From: a virus
DNA: 64,000 nucleotides
IMG/VR virus record: IMGVR_UViG_3300032285_002884
Direction: 5' to 3' (one strand)
A program made the position numbers and the translations under genes. Under the pieces are notes generated by a model. The model was not told the origin of the DNA. It made no database searches and was given only the letters and a program-made list of their open reading frames with translations. Position 1 is the first letter of the stretch, and each line of letters starts with the position of its first letter. Of this stretch, positions 34,145 to 43,975 are shown piece after piece.

Positions 34145-37100
34145 ATGCCTATTACCACGAACCTCAGCGTCTCTCCATATTTTGATGACTTCGATCCGGC
34201 GAAAGAGTACTACAAGATCTTGTTTAAGCCCTCAGTGGCTGTCCAGACTCGAGAGCTCAATCAGCTGCAGACGACTCTTCAGAACCAGATCGAGCGCTTT
34301 GGTAACAACATCTACAAGCGCGGCACGATCATCGACGGCTGTAACTTCGTATTCTACAGCAACTATCCCTATGCTAAGCTCGTCGACCAAGAGCTAGATG
34401 GAACTCCTACAAATCCAGCTAACTATCTAAACCACTTCGTTAAGAACAGCGCCAACCTTATGGCCTATGTTCTCAACTACACCGTAGGCTATGAGTCAAC
34501 CAATCCAGACCTTAGCACCCTATATGTTCGATACATCAACAGCGGTACTTCTGGAAACTCCTCGGCTTTCTCGGTAGGTGACACTCTTACCGTATACGAA
34601 AGCAACAACTCGATCGGCAAGACACAGATCGTCAACGGCGGAGGCAACTTCAGCAACGCCGACAGTCTCGTCTTTGTCTCGTCTATCTTGGTAACTCCTA
34701 CGTCGACAGCTGCGTTCACGGTCGGTGAGAAGATCACTCAGTCTACCACCGCGAGCAGGGCGACGATCGTCTCGGTAGATACCTCTACGATTCAGGGCAG
34801 CGTCATCCTCGGTCTCAAGCCGTTCTCAAACAGCACGCAGAACGACTTAACAAACTTAGCGACGCCGGTATCTACTTGGCAGTTCTCAAACAACTTTGGC
34901 ATCACTGGATCGAGCAGCGGCGCTACCGGCACGGTCTCCGACATCATCGGTTCCGGAGCAGCAGGCTATCTCACGACCGATACGCAGAACGGAACAGTAC
35001 AGCAGCTGACTATAACCAGTGGCGGATCAAACTACTACTCGGCTCCTTACCTGACCATTCGTCAGTCCTCAGCGTCTGCCGCAGGCAACTACTCTGCCCT
35101 GAACCTATCTGCGTTCAACTACATCGCACAGGTCAAGGTATCGAGCAACATCGACGCCATCGGCAACGGCTACGCCTTCGGCGTCACCAGCGGCATCATC
35201 TACAAGAACGGCTACTTCTTAAACGTCGATCCGCAGACCGTAATCGTAACCAAGTACAGCAACTCTCCGAATAACATCTCAATCGGCTTCACGGCCGTAG
35301 AGTCGATCGTAAACTACAACGTCGACCCTTCTCTGCTAGACAACGCAACGGGCACCTTCAACGAGGTAGCTCCTGGCGCCGATCGTCTCAAGATCGTCCC
35401 TACCCTTCTAGTAGTAAACACAGACGTGGCTCAGGCAAACGCAGAGTTTCTAAGCATCGTTTCTTTCTCGGAAGGTTACCCTTACAAGCAGAACCAGCAG
35501 ACTCAGTTCAACTCGATCTCTGACGAGATGGCTCGCAGGACTGCCGAGTCAGCTGGCAACTTTGCAACCAATAGGTTCCAGTCTACCTCTAGGTCGCCCC
35601 TCAACTCAAGCGTCGAAGCTAATACGTTCTCAGTCATCGTCGATCCAGGACAGGGATACATCTCAGGCTACAGGGTAGAGACCCTGAGCAACTATTCTGC
35701 CGACATTAAAAAAGGTATCGACTACGATTACTCATATGGGGCAGGAATCACCGCTACATACGGTAACTACATCGACGTCATACAGCTCGGCGGCGTGTTC
35801 CAGTTCAGCACGGGCGATCAGGTAACTCTATACGATACCCCTGCTTACTTCGCCAACAGCAGCTACTCTACGGGAACTATATCACCTGTAGGCAACCCGA
35901 TCGGTACAGCTAACATTCGTCAGCTTATCCACATCTCCGGCGCTCAGGGAGACCCGCTAGCTAAGTACAGGATGTTCCTTTTCAACGTCAAGATGAATAC
36001 TGGCATCTCTTTCTCGACAATAAAGAGCGTATACTATAACAACGTATCAGCCGGTTATAAGGGCATCGCCGACGTAGTGACCGTATCTATCAGCAGCCAA
36101 GCTGGTCAGACTCTTGCGAACAGCGCAGTCCTATCTTCTAACAGCAAGCTTATATTCCAGTCTGGATTCAAGTCACTTCGTGCCGCTAACAACATCACAT
36201 ATCTAGCAAGGTCTCTTTCGAACAGCTCATTAACTATCGGCAACAGCAGCTCGAGTGTCACGACCATCACTCTGACTAGCCCTGAAAAGTTCCCTTACCA
36301 GAACAACTATACCCTGTCGTATGATGATAAGAACGACATCACCATCGTACCTCTCAATGCCGGTCTAACAGTCACTCCTTCGCTCGGCGGAACGGTATCG
36401 GCTAACAGCTCTAACTTGATCATGGTCGGTACGAGCACTACGTTCACCGCACAGAATGCAGACGGTCTAGCTACTGGAGACTACGTCTCAATCTCTGCCA
36501 ACTCAACCGGCGGTGTCTCGATCAGAAAAGTCGTGTCTGTAAACAGCGACACGTCTATCACCCTCGACGCTGCCCCTGCCTTCACCAACTCTTCAGCGGT
36601 GATCAGCAGGTACTATCCGCGGAACGTTCCTTTCCCTATCGCGAGCGCTAATGCGCGTGACAACTTCGTAATCAATACGAACTCGACTGCTACTAGCCTC
36701 AACATCTATCTAAATATGAACTTTACTGCGACTGGTAGCTCAAACGTCGTGATTACGTATCCTGTATTCAGGAACGGTGTTCAGCCTACGTCTAAGGTCA
36801 CTAACCGCGACATCTTCGTTAAGCTGAGCCTCGCAAACAACGTAGCAGGTGTAGCGGGTCCTTGGTGTCTCGGCATCCCAGATATCTTTAGACTCAAGAA
36901 AGTCTACATGAGTGACAACTTCTCAGTGTCAGACTCTGACTCGGACGTCACTGATCAGTTCTATATCGATCATAACCAGAACACCGACTTCTACGATCAT
37001 GGATTCTTGTATCTCAAGAGCAAGGCGTCTCTAGCTCTCTCGACCGCTAACTGGCTTCTAGTGCAGCTCGACGCGTTCACTGCGTCTGGTGCGTCACTCT

Positions 37101-38701
37101 ACACTGTTTCTTCTTATGTAAATCCTGATCTAGCAACTAGGTTCACCAACGACTCACTCCCTCTCTCGAGTCTAGTAAGCGGAAGCGCGCCGAACACACT
37201 CGAGATTCCTGAGATGTTCTCGGATACTGGCGGGTACTATGATCTGATCGATACTATCGACTTCAGGCCTCGCGTAGTCAACACCGCGGTACTTACTACG
37301 ATTCAGGCTAACTCGACGATTAACCCAGCCTATACCACTAACTTTGGAACGACCAGCGATCCTACTAATGATAAGAAGTTTCCAGTGTCTGGAACTGGCG
37401 TCAACTTTGACGCGTCGTTCTTCATGGGAAGAGCCGACCTTGTCTTAGTAAATACCAATAACCAGATATCGATACTTGCAGGCAAGGCATCATCTGGTGC
37501 TACCTATAAAGTCCCATCTACACCGAAGAACAGCATGCCTATCAATGTCATGGTCGTGCCTCCGTATCCTGGACTTCCATTCCAGAGGTCTCAGCAGATT
37601 GCAGACATCTTGTCGACGGGCGTAGCTAGCGAGAAGTTTAGTTTCCAGAGAAATAACAAGCATACCATCACTACCAAGTACAGCGACTCTGTTATCCAAA
37701 GCTATCAGCCGGCTGGATATACGATGGCTAACATCGGAACGCTTGAGAGGAGGATCTCTGCTCTCGAGTACTACGTCGCGTTGTCTTCTCTTGAAGGAAG
37801 CATTAAAGATCTAACGATTCCAAGCTCTGTATCTTTTGGAATCAATAGGTTCAAGTTCGGCTTCTTTGTCGACGACTTCTCTACTACAAAGTACTCTGAT
37901 CTAAAGAACCCAGAGTTCTATGCAGCCGTATCCAACAGCTTCGTGACGCCTCCGGTAGACACTCACATCGTTAAGTGGAAGCCTACCTGGCCAGTCGCTT
38001 ATACGGAATACAGTCTCGTAAGTCAGTCACTCGCTACCGTGACAAACGTCGTCTCAAATGTTCAGCCTATCATCTACAACGGGATAGTTACTCTACTTGA
38101 TCCTGACTATCTTGAAGTAAACACGTACTCTAAGCTACACAAGATGGTCCAACAGATCTGGCAGGGTAATCGCGTCCACGTCAAGATTAAGGGTCTAAAG
38201 CCTTCTACTGTACATTCTATTAAGTTAGATGACAAAGATGTGGCAAATAATATAATCGTGGTCAACTCAGGTTTCTACCCTAATACATACAGGTGTGGCG
38301 TGCTCGGTGGAACTTTCCTGACAGACACTAAGGGGCAGATTGAGTTCTACATGAACATAAAGCTTGATGAGACAGTACTCCTAGCAGACAGCGTTCTAGT
38401 GATGCACATGAAGGGAGCTACAGTAGATCCTGGTAACAAGCTGTTCAAAGTATTCAACACAGACAATACGTCACTCGCATCGTTCTTCTTGAAGCCTAAA
38501 AGAGCAGTTGCCCAGCCTGCTGATAGTGACGACAGAGATCGAGGAGGGGACCGCGACAATCGCGGACCAGAAGTATCTTCTGAACCTAGTTCTGAAAAAT
38601 CTGAATCTAGCTCTGATAGCTCAAGCGGCTCAAAAAGTACAGGTACGAAAGAAGCTGGTGGAAACTACGGAGCTACTTCTGATGGTAATGCTTTCGCTTA
38701 A
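34145..38701 (+). CDS. VrlC/DUF4815-like large structural protein, N-terminal part
   Basis: PYFDDFD...LFKP..AVQTRELNQLQ, APGADRLK, YTM..IG.LERRI..LEYY, RFKFGFFVDDF. Confidence 0.88.
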   Translation: MPITTNLSVSPYFDDFDPAKEYYKILFKPSVAVQTRELNQLQTTLQNQIERFGNNIYKRGTIIDGCNFVFYSNYPYAKLVDQELDGTPTNPANYLNHFVKNSANLMAYVLNYTVGYESTNPDLSTLYVRYINSGTSGNSSAFSVGDTLTVYESNNSIGKTQIVNGGGNFSNADSLVFVSSILVTPTSTAAFTVGEKITQSTTASRATIVSVDTSTIQGSVILGLKPFSNSTQNDLTNLATPVSTWQFSNNFGITGSSSGATGTVSDIIGSGAAGYLTTDTQNGTVQQLTITSGGSNYYSAPYLTIRQSSASAAGNYSALNLSAFNYIAQVKVSSNIDAIGNGYAFGVTSGIIYKNGYFLNVDPQTVIVTKYSNSPNNISIGFTAVESIVNYNVDPSLLDNATGTFNEVAPGADRLKIVPTLLVVNTDVAQANAEFLSIVSFSEGYPYKQNQQTQFNSISDEMARRTAESAGNFATNRFQSTSRSPLNSSVEANTFSVIVDPGQGYISGYRVETLSNYSADIKKGIDYDYSYGAGITATYGNYIDVIQLGGVFQFSTGDQVTLYDTPAYFANSSYSTGTISPVGNPIGTANIRQLIHISGAQGDPLAKYRMFLFNVKMNTGISFSTIKSVYYNNVSAGYKGIADVVTVSISSQAGQTLANSAVLSSNSKLIFQSGFKSLRAANNITYLARSLSNSSLTIGNSSSSVTTITLTSPEKFPYQNNYTLSYDDKNDITIVPLNAGLTVTPSLGGTVSANSSNLIMVGTSTTFTAQNADGLATGDYVSISANSTGGVSIRKVVSVNSDTSITLDAAPAFTNSSAVISRYYPRNVPFPIASANARDNFVINTNSTATSLNIYLNMNFTATGSSNVVITYPVFRNGVQPTSKVTNRDIFVKLSLANNVAGVAGPWCLGIPDIFRLKKVYMSDNFSVSDSDSDVTDQFYIDHNQNTDFYDHGFLYLKSKASLALSTANWLLVQLDAFTASGASLYTVSSYVNPDLATRFTNDSLPLSSLVSGSAPNTLEIPEMFSDTGGYYDLIDTIDFRPRVVNTAVLTTIQANSTINPAYTTNFGTTSDPTNDKKFPVSGTGVNFDASFFMGRADLVLVNTNNQISILAGKASSGATYKVPSTPKNSMPINVMVVPPYPGLPFQRSQQIADILSTGVASEKFSFQRNNKHTITTKYSDSVIQSYQPAGYTMANIGTLERRISALEYYVALSSLEGSIKDLTIPSSVSFGINRFKFGFFVDDFSTTKYSDLKNPEFYAAVSNSFVTPPVDTHIVKWKPTWPVAYTEYSLVSQSLATVTNVVSNVQPIIYNGIVTLLDPDYLEVNTYSKLHKMVQQIWQGNRVHVKIKGLKPSTVHSIKLDDKDVANNIIVVNSGFYPNTYRCGVLGGTFLTDTKGQIEFYMNIKLDETVLLADSVLVMHMKGATVDPGNKLFKVFNTDNTSLASFFLKPKRAVAQPADSDDRDRGGDRDNRGPEVSSEPSSEKSESSSDSSSGSKSTGTKEAGGNYGATSDGNAFA

Positions 38702-38746
38702 TGTGTGAATAAATATACTAAGAATTAAAATTAAAAGGAATCGTTG

Positions 38747-41700
38747 ATGCTGTTCAATCTGGCTCAGACTTTCTACGTTGATGGTGACGCTGTCGCAAAG
38801 TCCGATAACATTGTTCTGACAAGTATAAATCTCTACTTCAAGAGCGTACCTAAGGCTACTAACAACAAGTCAGGAATCAACAACCCTGGCGTTACCGTTA
38901 CCATCTCCAAGGTGCTGCCTGATGGGTCGCCAAACATTAATGGTCTCGTAGATAGAGCCGTATCGAGACTCGAGTACAGCGATATAGCTGCGTCGACTGA
39001 TGCTTCTACGGGTACTAAATTCTATTTCTCAAGCTACCCTATCATCCTCCAGACTAATCAGACCTATGCCATCCTTGTAAAGTACGACGGTGACGAGGAC
39101 TTCGTGCTCTGGTCGGCTCGTGAGAACGACATCATCGTCGGAACTAACCAGACAGCAGCTGGCGCATTTGCAAAGAACGTCGTAGCTTACTATGAGCTAG
39201 CAGAAGCCCTTATAAGCTCTGCTCCTCCAAGTTCTTCTAACAGCGGCTCAATAGGCTACTCGAGCGGTACTCAATCGTACTGGAAGTCACTTAAGAACAT
39301 GGACTTAAAGTTCACTGTCTTCTGTGCTAGGTTTAATGTCTCTTCTGTGGTTTCAAACGCTGCTATCTCTGGATACAGCGCTGTCTACAACAACGTCAAG
39401 AATCGTCAAGAGTTTATCACCTTCGATAAGCTTAACTCATATGCCATATACGGTGGACGCTACAGCAAGCGCGGCGGCTCTTCATCGATCCTTCATACTA
39501 TCGGCTGGGACGACTATTCAAACAAGGGTGAGCTCGTATATCAAGTCACTCCTATGCTCAACGGAACCCTTACCGTAAACTCGAGCTCCACTACCATCAG
39601 ATCAAATGATACCAGTAAGATCAACTTTACCAATGTGTATAAGCAGAACGGTACAGACGACATGTACATCGTTCTCATCTCTAACAACTACATGGACACC
39701 GATACCAGAAACTTCCTAGCTCGTCCAAAGATCAAGTACCCTACCGGCTCGAACCAGTATGATCCGTTCAGAAGCGATACCGACGTCAGAAAGATCGTGT
39801 CTATCGTAAACGCGTCGGCAATCATAGTCGATAACAACCCGACTTTCAGTGATACTACGGCGAGGATGTCGATCTCTCCTGTCGGTGTCTTGTCTCTAAT
39901 GGATAATAGAAATCATCTTCTTCCTGACTCTGATGGTGACTACGATGATACCGACGTTTTCAGGACAAAGAATCAGAACATAGTTCATCTTGATAACTCA
40001 AATGCAAACTCGGTAGTTAGATTCGTCAATAACGCCATCGAGTACATTGCTCTCAACCTGCCACAGGTAAGCTACAACGGGATATTCTCGATCTCAAACA
40101 GCTCGATAACTACTCCGATGTACGGAATCACCGTAGGCACTCAAGCCTCGGTCAATGCGATCGTCTCCGTTGGTGAGAAGCAGACTATTCAGTCGTCTAC
40201 CGATGCTATCAACTGGACTACAAAGTTCTCGAACTCTTCATCTAATGCCGCTCTATACTCCGTCATCAGTGGAAACAACATTTTCGTCGCTGTTGGAAAC
40301 AACTCGCTGGCGCTGTATTCGAACGCTTCTCTAAGCACTTGGTACAAGTCGGTGACTCCTCAGATCGACGGACAGTATGCTCTCAGAGGCGTAGCATACG
40401 GCGGTGGTACGTTTGTCGCGGTCGGCAGGTATAAGTCTGACAAGACCGGAGCATACATCCTCGTATCTAACAGCACACTTATCACAAACAGCACTGCTGG
40501 GTGGACGCAGAAGACTTTCTCCGGTTCAACTTCGAGCGGCGCTCTCAGGTCCGTGACTTATGGAGCGGCCGGAACGTTCGTTGCCGTCGGTGATAATACG
40601 TTCGCCATCTCTACCGACTACGGAGCTACGTGGAGTGCAGTATCGCAGAACAGTGTAGGCAAGGGCCAGTACTTCGATGTCACATACGGCAACAGCGTCT
40701 ATGTCGCAGTCGGAAGCTCTGGCGTCCAGACATCTACTGACGGACTGAACTGGGTCTACAGACCAATCGACAGCTCCCATGTCGGTCAGTATATCTTCAG
40801 CGTATCCTACGGCAATGGAAACTTTGTAGCTGTCGGAGGCAGGGGATCTAAGAGAGACCACTACATCGCGGTATCTTCGGACAACGGTACGACCTGGACA
40901 TACAGAGACGCCCCTAAGACTCTCAAGAGATACCTCGACCGTCAGGGCTCTTTCCGTCAGATCGGATACGGTGTCATCAACTCAACGTTTGACGTCTTCG
41001 CTGCCACGTCGATGCCGCGCGATCGCAGGATCGGCGATAGGTTCAACTACGGCTACGGTCAGTTCATATACGCTACTTCCGCCACAGTCGCCAGCATGGC
41101 TCCGGGTGCCAACGTCGAGAGCTCTACCGGAACTGGCTACTCATCTTCTGACTACATCGAGATCTCTACTGCAAATACTCAGTATCCAAGCTATGGAAAT
41201 ACTCGATGCTATGCCTATGCTAACATCGCCGTAAACGGCTCGGGCGGCATCACCTCGGTCACTATTTCAAATACGGGTTATGGTTTTCCAGGAGTCAACA
41301 CCCTTAACAATATCAAGTATAGGATCTTAAACTCGGGTGGTTCCCTCTCTTCTGGTTCAGGCGCCAACTTGAGCTTCTTTGTCGGCTCGACTGTTAGGAC
41401 TGAGCACAGCGGTCTCGTATTCAGTAACACTACAGTAATCGACATTCCGATCAGCAAGGTAGTCCCTGCTATTCGCTTAACTAGGTCTATCCACGATAGA
41501 AGCTACGATCTCAAGATGGTCTTGAACTGGACTAGGGATGCTTTGACCGGAAAGTCAAGACTAGCCAGCTCAATAAATGCCGTCCCGCTTGCGATTTATT
41601 CAAATACTCATCTTGAATCAAACAGCGTCTATGTGATGATGTCTCGCTCAAACGAGGTCCTTGGTTCAAGTTCTAACAGCGTATTGGTAGTAAACGCCGT

Positions 41701-42544
41701 CTCGAACAGCGACTTCAGCTATCCATACCCCGTCTTTACGGACGTGTTCAACGAGACCTATGTCATCAACAACGACTACAGCAACGAGAATACTCGTCAC
41801 GGAAACGCTCTAGCAAAGCATATCTCTACCAAGATCAACTTTGCTCAGGGTAAGATGGCCGAGGACATCGTAGTATACATCGACGCGTACAGGCCTGTCG
41901 GTACCGACATTCAAGTATTTGCTAAGATCTACAACAGCGCAGACTTTGACTCGTTTGACGACAAAGACTGGACGAGACTTACATACACCAACGCCGCTAT
42001 GTCCTCGGTCTATTCTGGACAGGGTAACTACTCGGATGTCAAGGAATATACGTATGGGTTCCAAGCGCAGCCGAACACAGTATTCACTTCGACTGGAACG
42101 GTTCAGACGACTCTCAGCAACTCGACGATTACTGGCTCCGGAACTACTTTCTCACTCGACTATAAGCCAGGCGACCTGATCAAGATCCAGAGTCCACTGT
42201 TCTCTAACAACTACCAGATCTCGGTAGTCAACAGCGTCGCGAACGACACCTCACTTATCTTGACTGACGTCGTCGCAAACAACAACTTAGTCGGAAGCGG
42301 TTTCAACATCGCCCTTCTCGGCCGTGCCCCGATCATTCAGTCTTCGGGTGCGATCATCTCGAGCGGATATCCATATCAGGCATTCAACAACATCACGAAC
42401 GGAAACGTCATCAGGTACTACAACTCATCTATGGTACCGTTTGATACCTACGATACTTTCCAGATCAAGATGGTCCTGCTATCTAACAGCGTCGCAGTAG
42501 CTCCTATGGTAAACAACATCAGGGCGATCGGTGTGTCTGCATGA
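38747..42544 (+). CDS. VrlC-like structural protein, C-terminal part with beta-propeller repeats
   Basis: LAQTF, TSINLYF; repeated V.YG.G.FVAVG / S.DG..W; ends FQIKMVL..IRAI. Confidence 0.82.
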   Translation: MLFNLAQTFYVDGDAVAKSDNIVLTSINLYFKSVPKATNNKSGINNPGVTVTISKVLPDGSPNINGLVDRAVSRLEYSDIAASTDASTGTKFYFSSYPIILQTNQTYAILVKYDGDEDFVLWSARENDIIVGTNQTAAGAFAKNVVAYYELAEALISSAPPSSSNSGSIGYSSGTQSYWKSLKNMDLKFTVFCARFNVSSVVSNAAISGYSAVYNNVKNRQEFITFDKLNSYAIYGGRYSKRGGSSSILHTIGWDDYSNKGELVYQVTPMLNGTLTVNSSSTTIRSNDTSKINFTNVYKQNGTDDMYIVLISNNYMDTDTRNFLARPKIKYPTGSNQYDPFRSDTDVRKIVSIVNASAIIVDNNPTFSDTTARMSISPVGVLSLMDNRNHLLPDSDGDYDDTDVFRTKNQNIVHLDNSNANSVVRFVNNAIEYIALNLPQVSYNGIFSISNSSITTPMYGITVGTQASVNAIVSVGEKQTIQSSTDAINWTTKFSNSSSNAALYSVISGNNIFVAVGNNSLALYSNASLSTWYKSVTPQIDGQYALRGVAYGGGTFVAVGRYKSDKTGAYILVSNSTLITNSTAGWTQKTFSGSTSSGALRSVTYGAAGTFVAVGDNTFAISTDYGATWSAVSQNSVGKGQYFDVTYGNSVYVAVGSSGVQTSTDGLNWVYRPIDSSHVGQYIFSVSYGNGNFVAVGGRGSKRDHYIAVSSDNGTTWTYRDAPKTLKRYLDRQGSFRQIGYGVINSTFDVFAATSMPRDRRIGDRFNYGYGQFIYATSATVASMAPGANVESSTGTGYSSSDYIEISTANTQYPSYGNTRCYAYANIAVNGSGGITSVTISNTGYGFPGVNTLNNIKYRILNSGGSLSSGSGANLSFFVGSTVRTEHSGLVFSNTTVIDIPISKVVPAIRLTRSIHDRSYDLKMVLNWTRDALTGKSRLASSINAVPLAIYSNTHLESNSVYVMMSRSNEVLGSSSNSVLVVNAVSNSDFSYPYPVFTDVFNETYVINNDYSNENTRHGNALAKHISTKINFAQGKMAEDIVVYIDAYRPVGTDIQVFAKIYNSADFDSFDDKDWTRLTYTNAAMSSVYSGQGNYSDVKEYTYGFQAQPNTVFTSTGTVQTTLSNSTITGSGTTFSLDYKPGDLIKIQSPLFSNNYQISVVNSVANDTSLILTDVVANNNLVGSGFNIALLGRAPIIQSSGAIISSGYPYQAFNNITNGNVIRYYNSSMVPFDTYDTFQIKMVLLSNSVAVAPMVNNIRAIGVSA

Positions 42545-42762
42545 TTGATCTAGAAAAGACAAACGCTGCTGGACTGATGCGAGACAAGTCTACAGGCGCA
42601 ATTATAAATACGAATGAGTCAGAGTATCTCACGTATAGAGAACAGGTCGCTAGGGCTAAAGAGGTAAACTCTCTTAAGAACCAAGTCGACGATATAAGAG
42701 GCGAAGTAAGTGAGATCAAAGACATGCTCAAGTCAATCCTGCAGGCGGTAAAGAATGGCTAA
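42541..42762 (+). CDS. Conserved small coiled-coil protein
   Basis: LMRDKSTGAIINTN...EIKDML. Confidence 0.8.
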   Translation: MIDLEKTNAAGLMRDKSTGAIINTNESEYLTYREQVARAKEVNSLKNQVDDIRGEVSEIKDMLKSILQAVKNG

Positions 42763-43384
42763 TACATATCTACCAACGGTCAACGTCTCTTCAGATACTT
42801 TCGACTCATGGATAGCCGCGACCAACAGCGCCATCTATGCGCTGCAGAGCATAGTAGTTACCGCTTCCCCTACCGGCGCCGGTGACTACACTTACGGCAA
42901 CGGCTACGTTCAGGGCATCCTCGGTGCAAACACCCTAGTCGCTACCAACATCAGGTCGGGTAACGTACAGGGAGCAAACTCTACTCTGTACATCCAGTCA
43001 AACACCGCTTTCTCTGGTAACTCGGTCAGCGTAAACGGTTACGTCTCAGTTGGACAGGGACTCTCGGTATATCAGTCAGCTAACTTAGTCGTCAACTCTT
43101 CTGCTGGACAAGTCATCGACACGTTCTCGAACTCGTCTTTCAGGACCGTCAAGTACGTCATAAGCATCAAGGACAACAACGCCAACAACTATCAGGCTAC
43201 CGAGATAATGCTCCTCCAGAGCGGAGGCAACGTGTACGTGACGGAGTACGCCACGCTCATCAGCAACAGCTCACTCGCTCAGTTCTCGGCCAACGTCGCT
43301 TCGGGTAACGTAAACCTTCTCTATACTCCTGGCGTCTCTACGAATAGCACCATCAACATCGTCAAGACAATGGTATCGGTGTAA
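42755..43384 (+). CDS. Structural/fibre-associated protein
   Basis: DTFDSW..TN N-terminus; IDTF...YQATEI...YVTEYA C-domain. Confidence 0.75.
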   Translation: MANTYLPTVNVSSDTFDSWIAATNSAIYALQSIVVTASPTGAGDYTYGNGYVQGILGANTLVATNIRSGNVQGANSTLYIQSNTAFSGNSVSVNGYVSVGQGLSVYQSANLVVNSSAGQVIDTFSNSSFRTVKYVISIKDNNANNYQATEIMLLQSGGNVYVTEYATLISNSSLAQFSANVASGNVNLLYTPGVSTNSTINIVKTMVSV

Positions 43385-43385
43385 C

Positions 43386-43718
43386 ATGGCCGTCAAGTCG
43401 AACCTAGTCATAGATCAGGGAAGTACCTTCAGCGCTACCCTCACCGTGACCGACGTAAACAACGACCCGATCGACCTCACCAACTACACCGCGTCGGCTA
43501 AGCTCAGGAAGTGGTACACGTCTAACAGCTCAGTCTCTTTCTCGACCTCTTCAGGAAACAGTTCGGGTCTGATCACCCTCTCACTCGACTACGTCACTAC
43601 TGGATCTCTTGACTCAGGAAGGTACGTCTACGACGTCGAGCTTACCGACACTGTAGCCAACTCGGTCTACAGGGTAATCGAGGGCATAGCTACCGTGACT
43701 CCACAGGTCACTAGGTAG
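43386..43718 (+). CDS. Conserved virion structural protein
   Basis: NLVIDQGSTF, GRYVYDVE, RVIEG.ATVTP.VT. Confidence 0.82.
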   Translation: MAVKSNLVIDQGSTFSATLTVTDVNNDPIDLTNYTASAKLRKWYTSNSSVSFSTSSGNSSGLITLSLDYVTTGSLDSGRYVYDVELTDTVANSVYRVIEGIATVTPQVTR

Positions 43719-43921
43719 TGGTCAACAACAGCATAGTACAGTCGAGCTTCGACTCAAGTTCTTCTATAAAGACTTCGGTCTCGGCTAGGTCTTCTAACCT
43801 CACTTCTCGAGTATTCCCACACTCGGTATCTATCGCTGCGTCTAGCCCGTTTAGGTCTTCTATAACCGTCTCAAATACTTCTTCTAAGACAACAATTTCT
43901 CAGAAATCCATACCCGTCTGA
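43718..43921 (+). CDS. Ser-rich small hypothetical protein
   Basis: Coupled GTG start; fills gap. Confidence 0.4.
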   Translation: MVNNSIVQSSFDSSSSIKTSVSARSSNLTSRVFPHSVSIAASSPFRSSITVSNTSSKTTISQKSIPV

Positions 43922-43933
43922 TCTCTTCTTTTT

Positions 43934-43941
43934 ATAAATAA
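43934..43941 (+). promoter_or_regulatory. Late promoter for fibre operon
   Basis: TATAAATA in an AT-rich intergenic gap. Confidence 0.8.
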
Positions 43942-43975
43942 AAGAAAAAGAGCCAACCGGGAAAGGGAACGGAGA

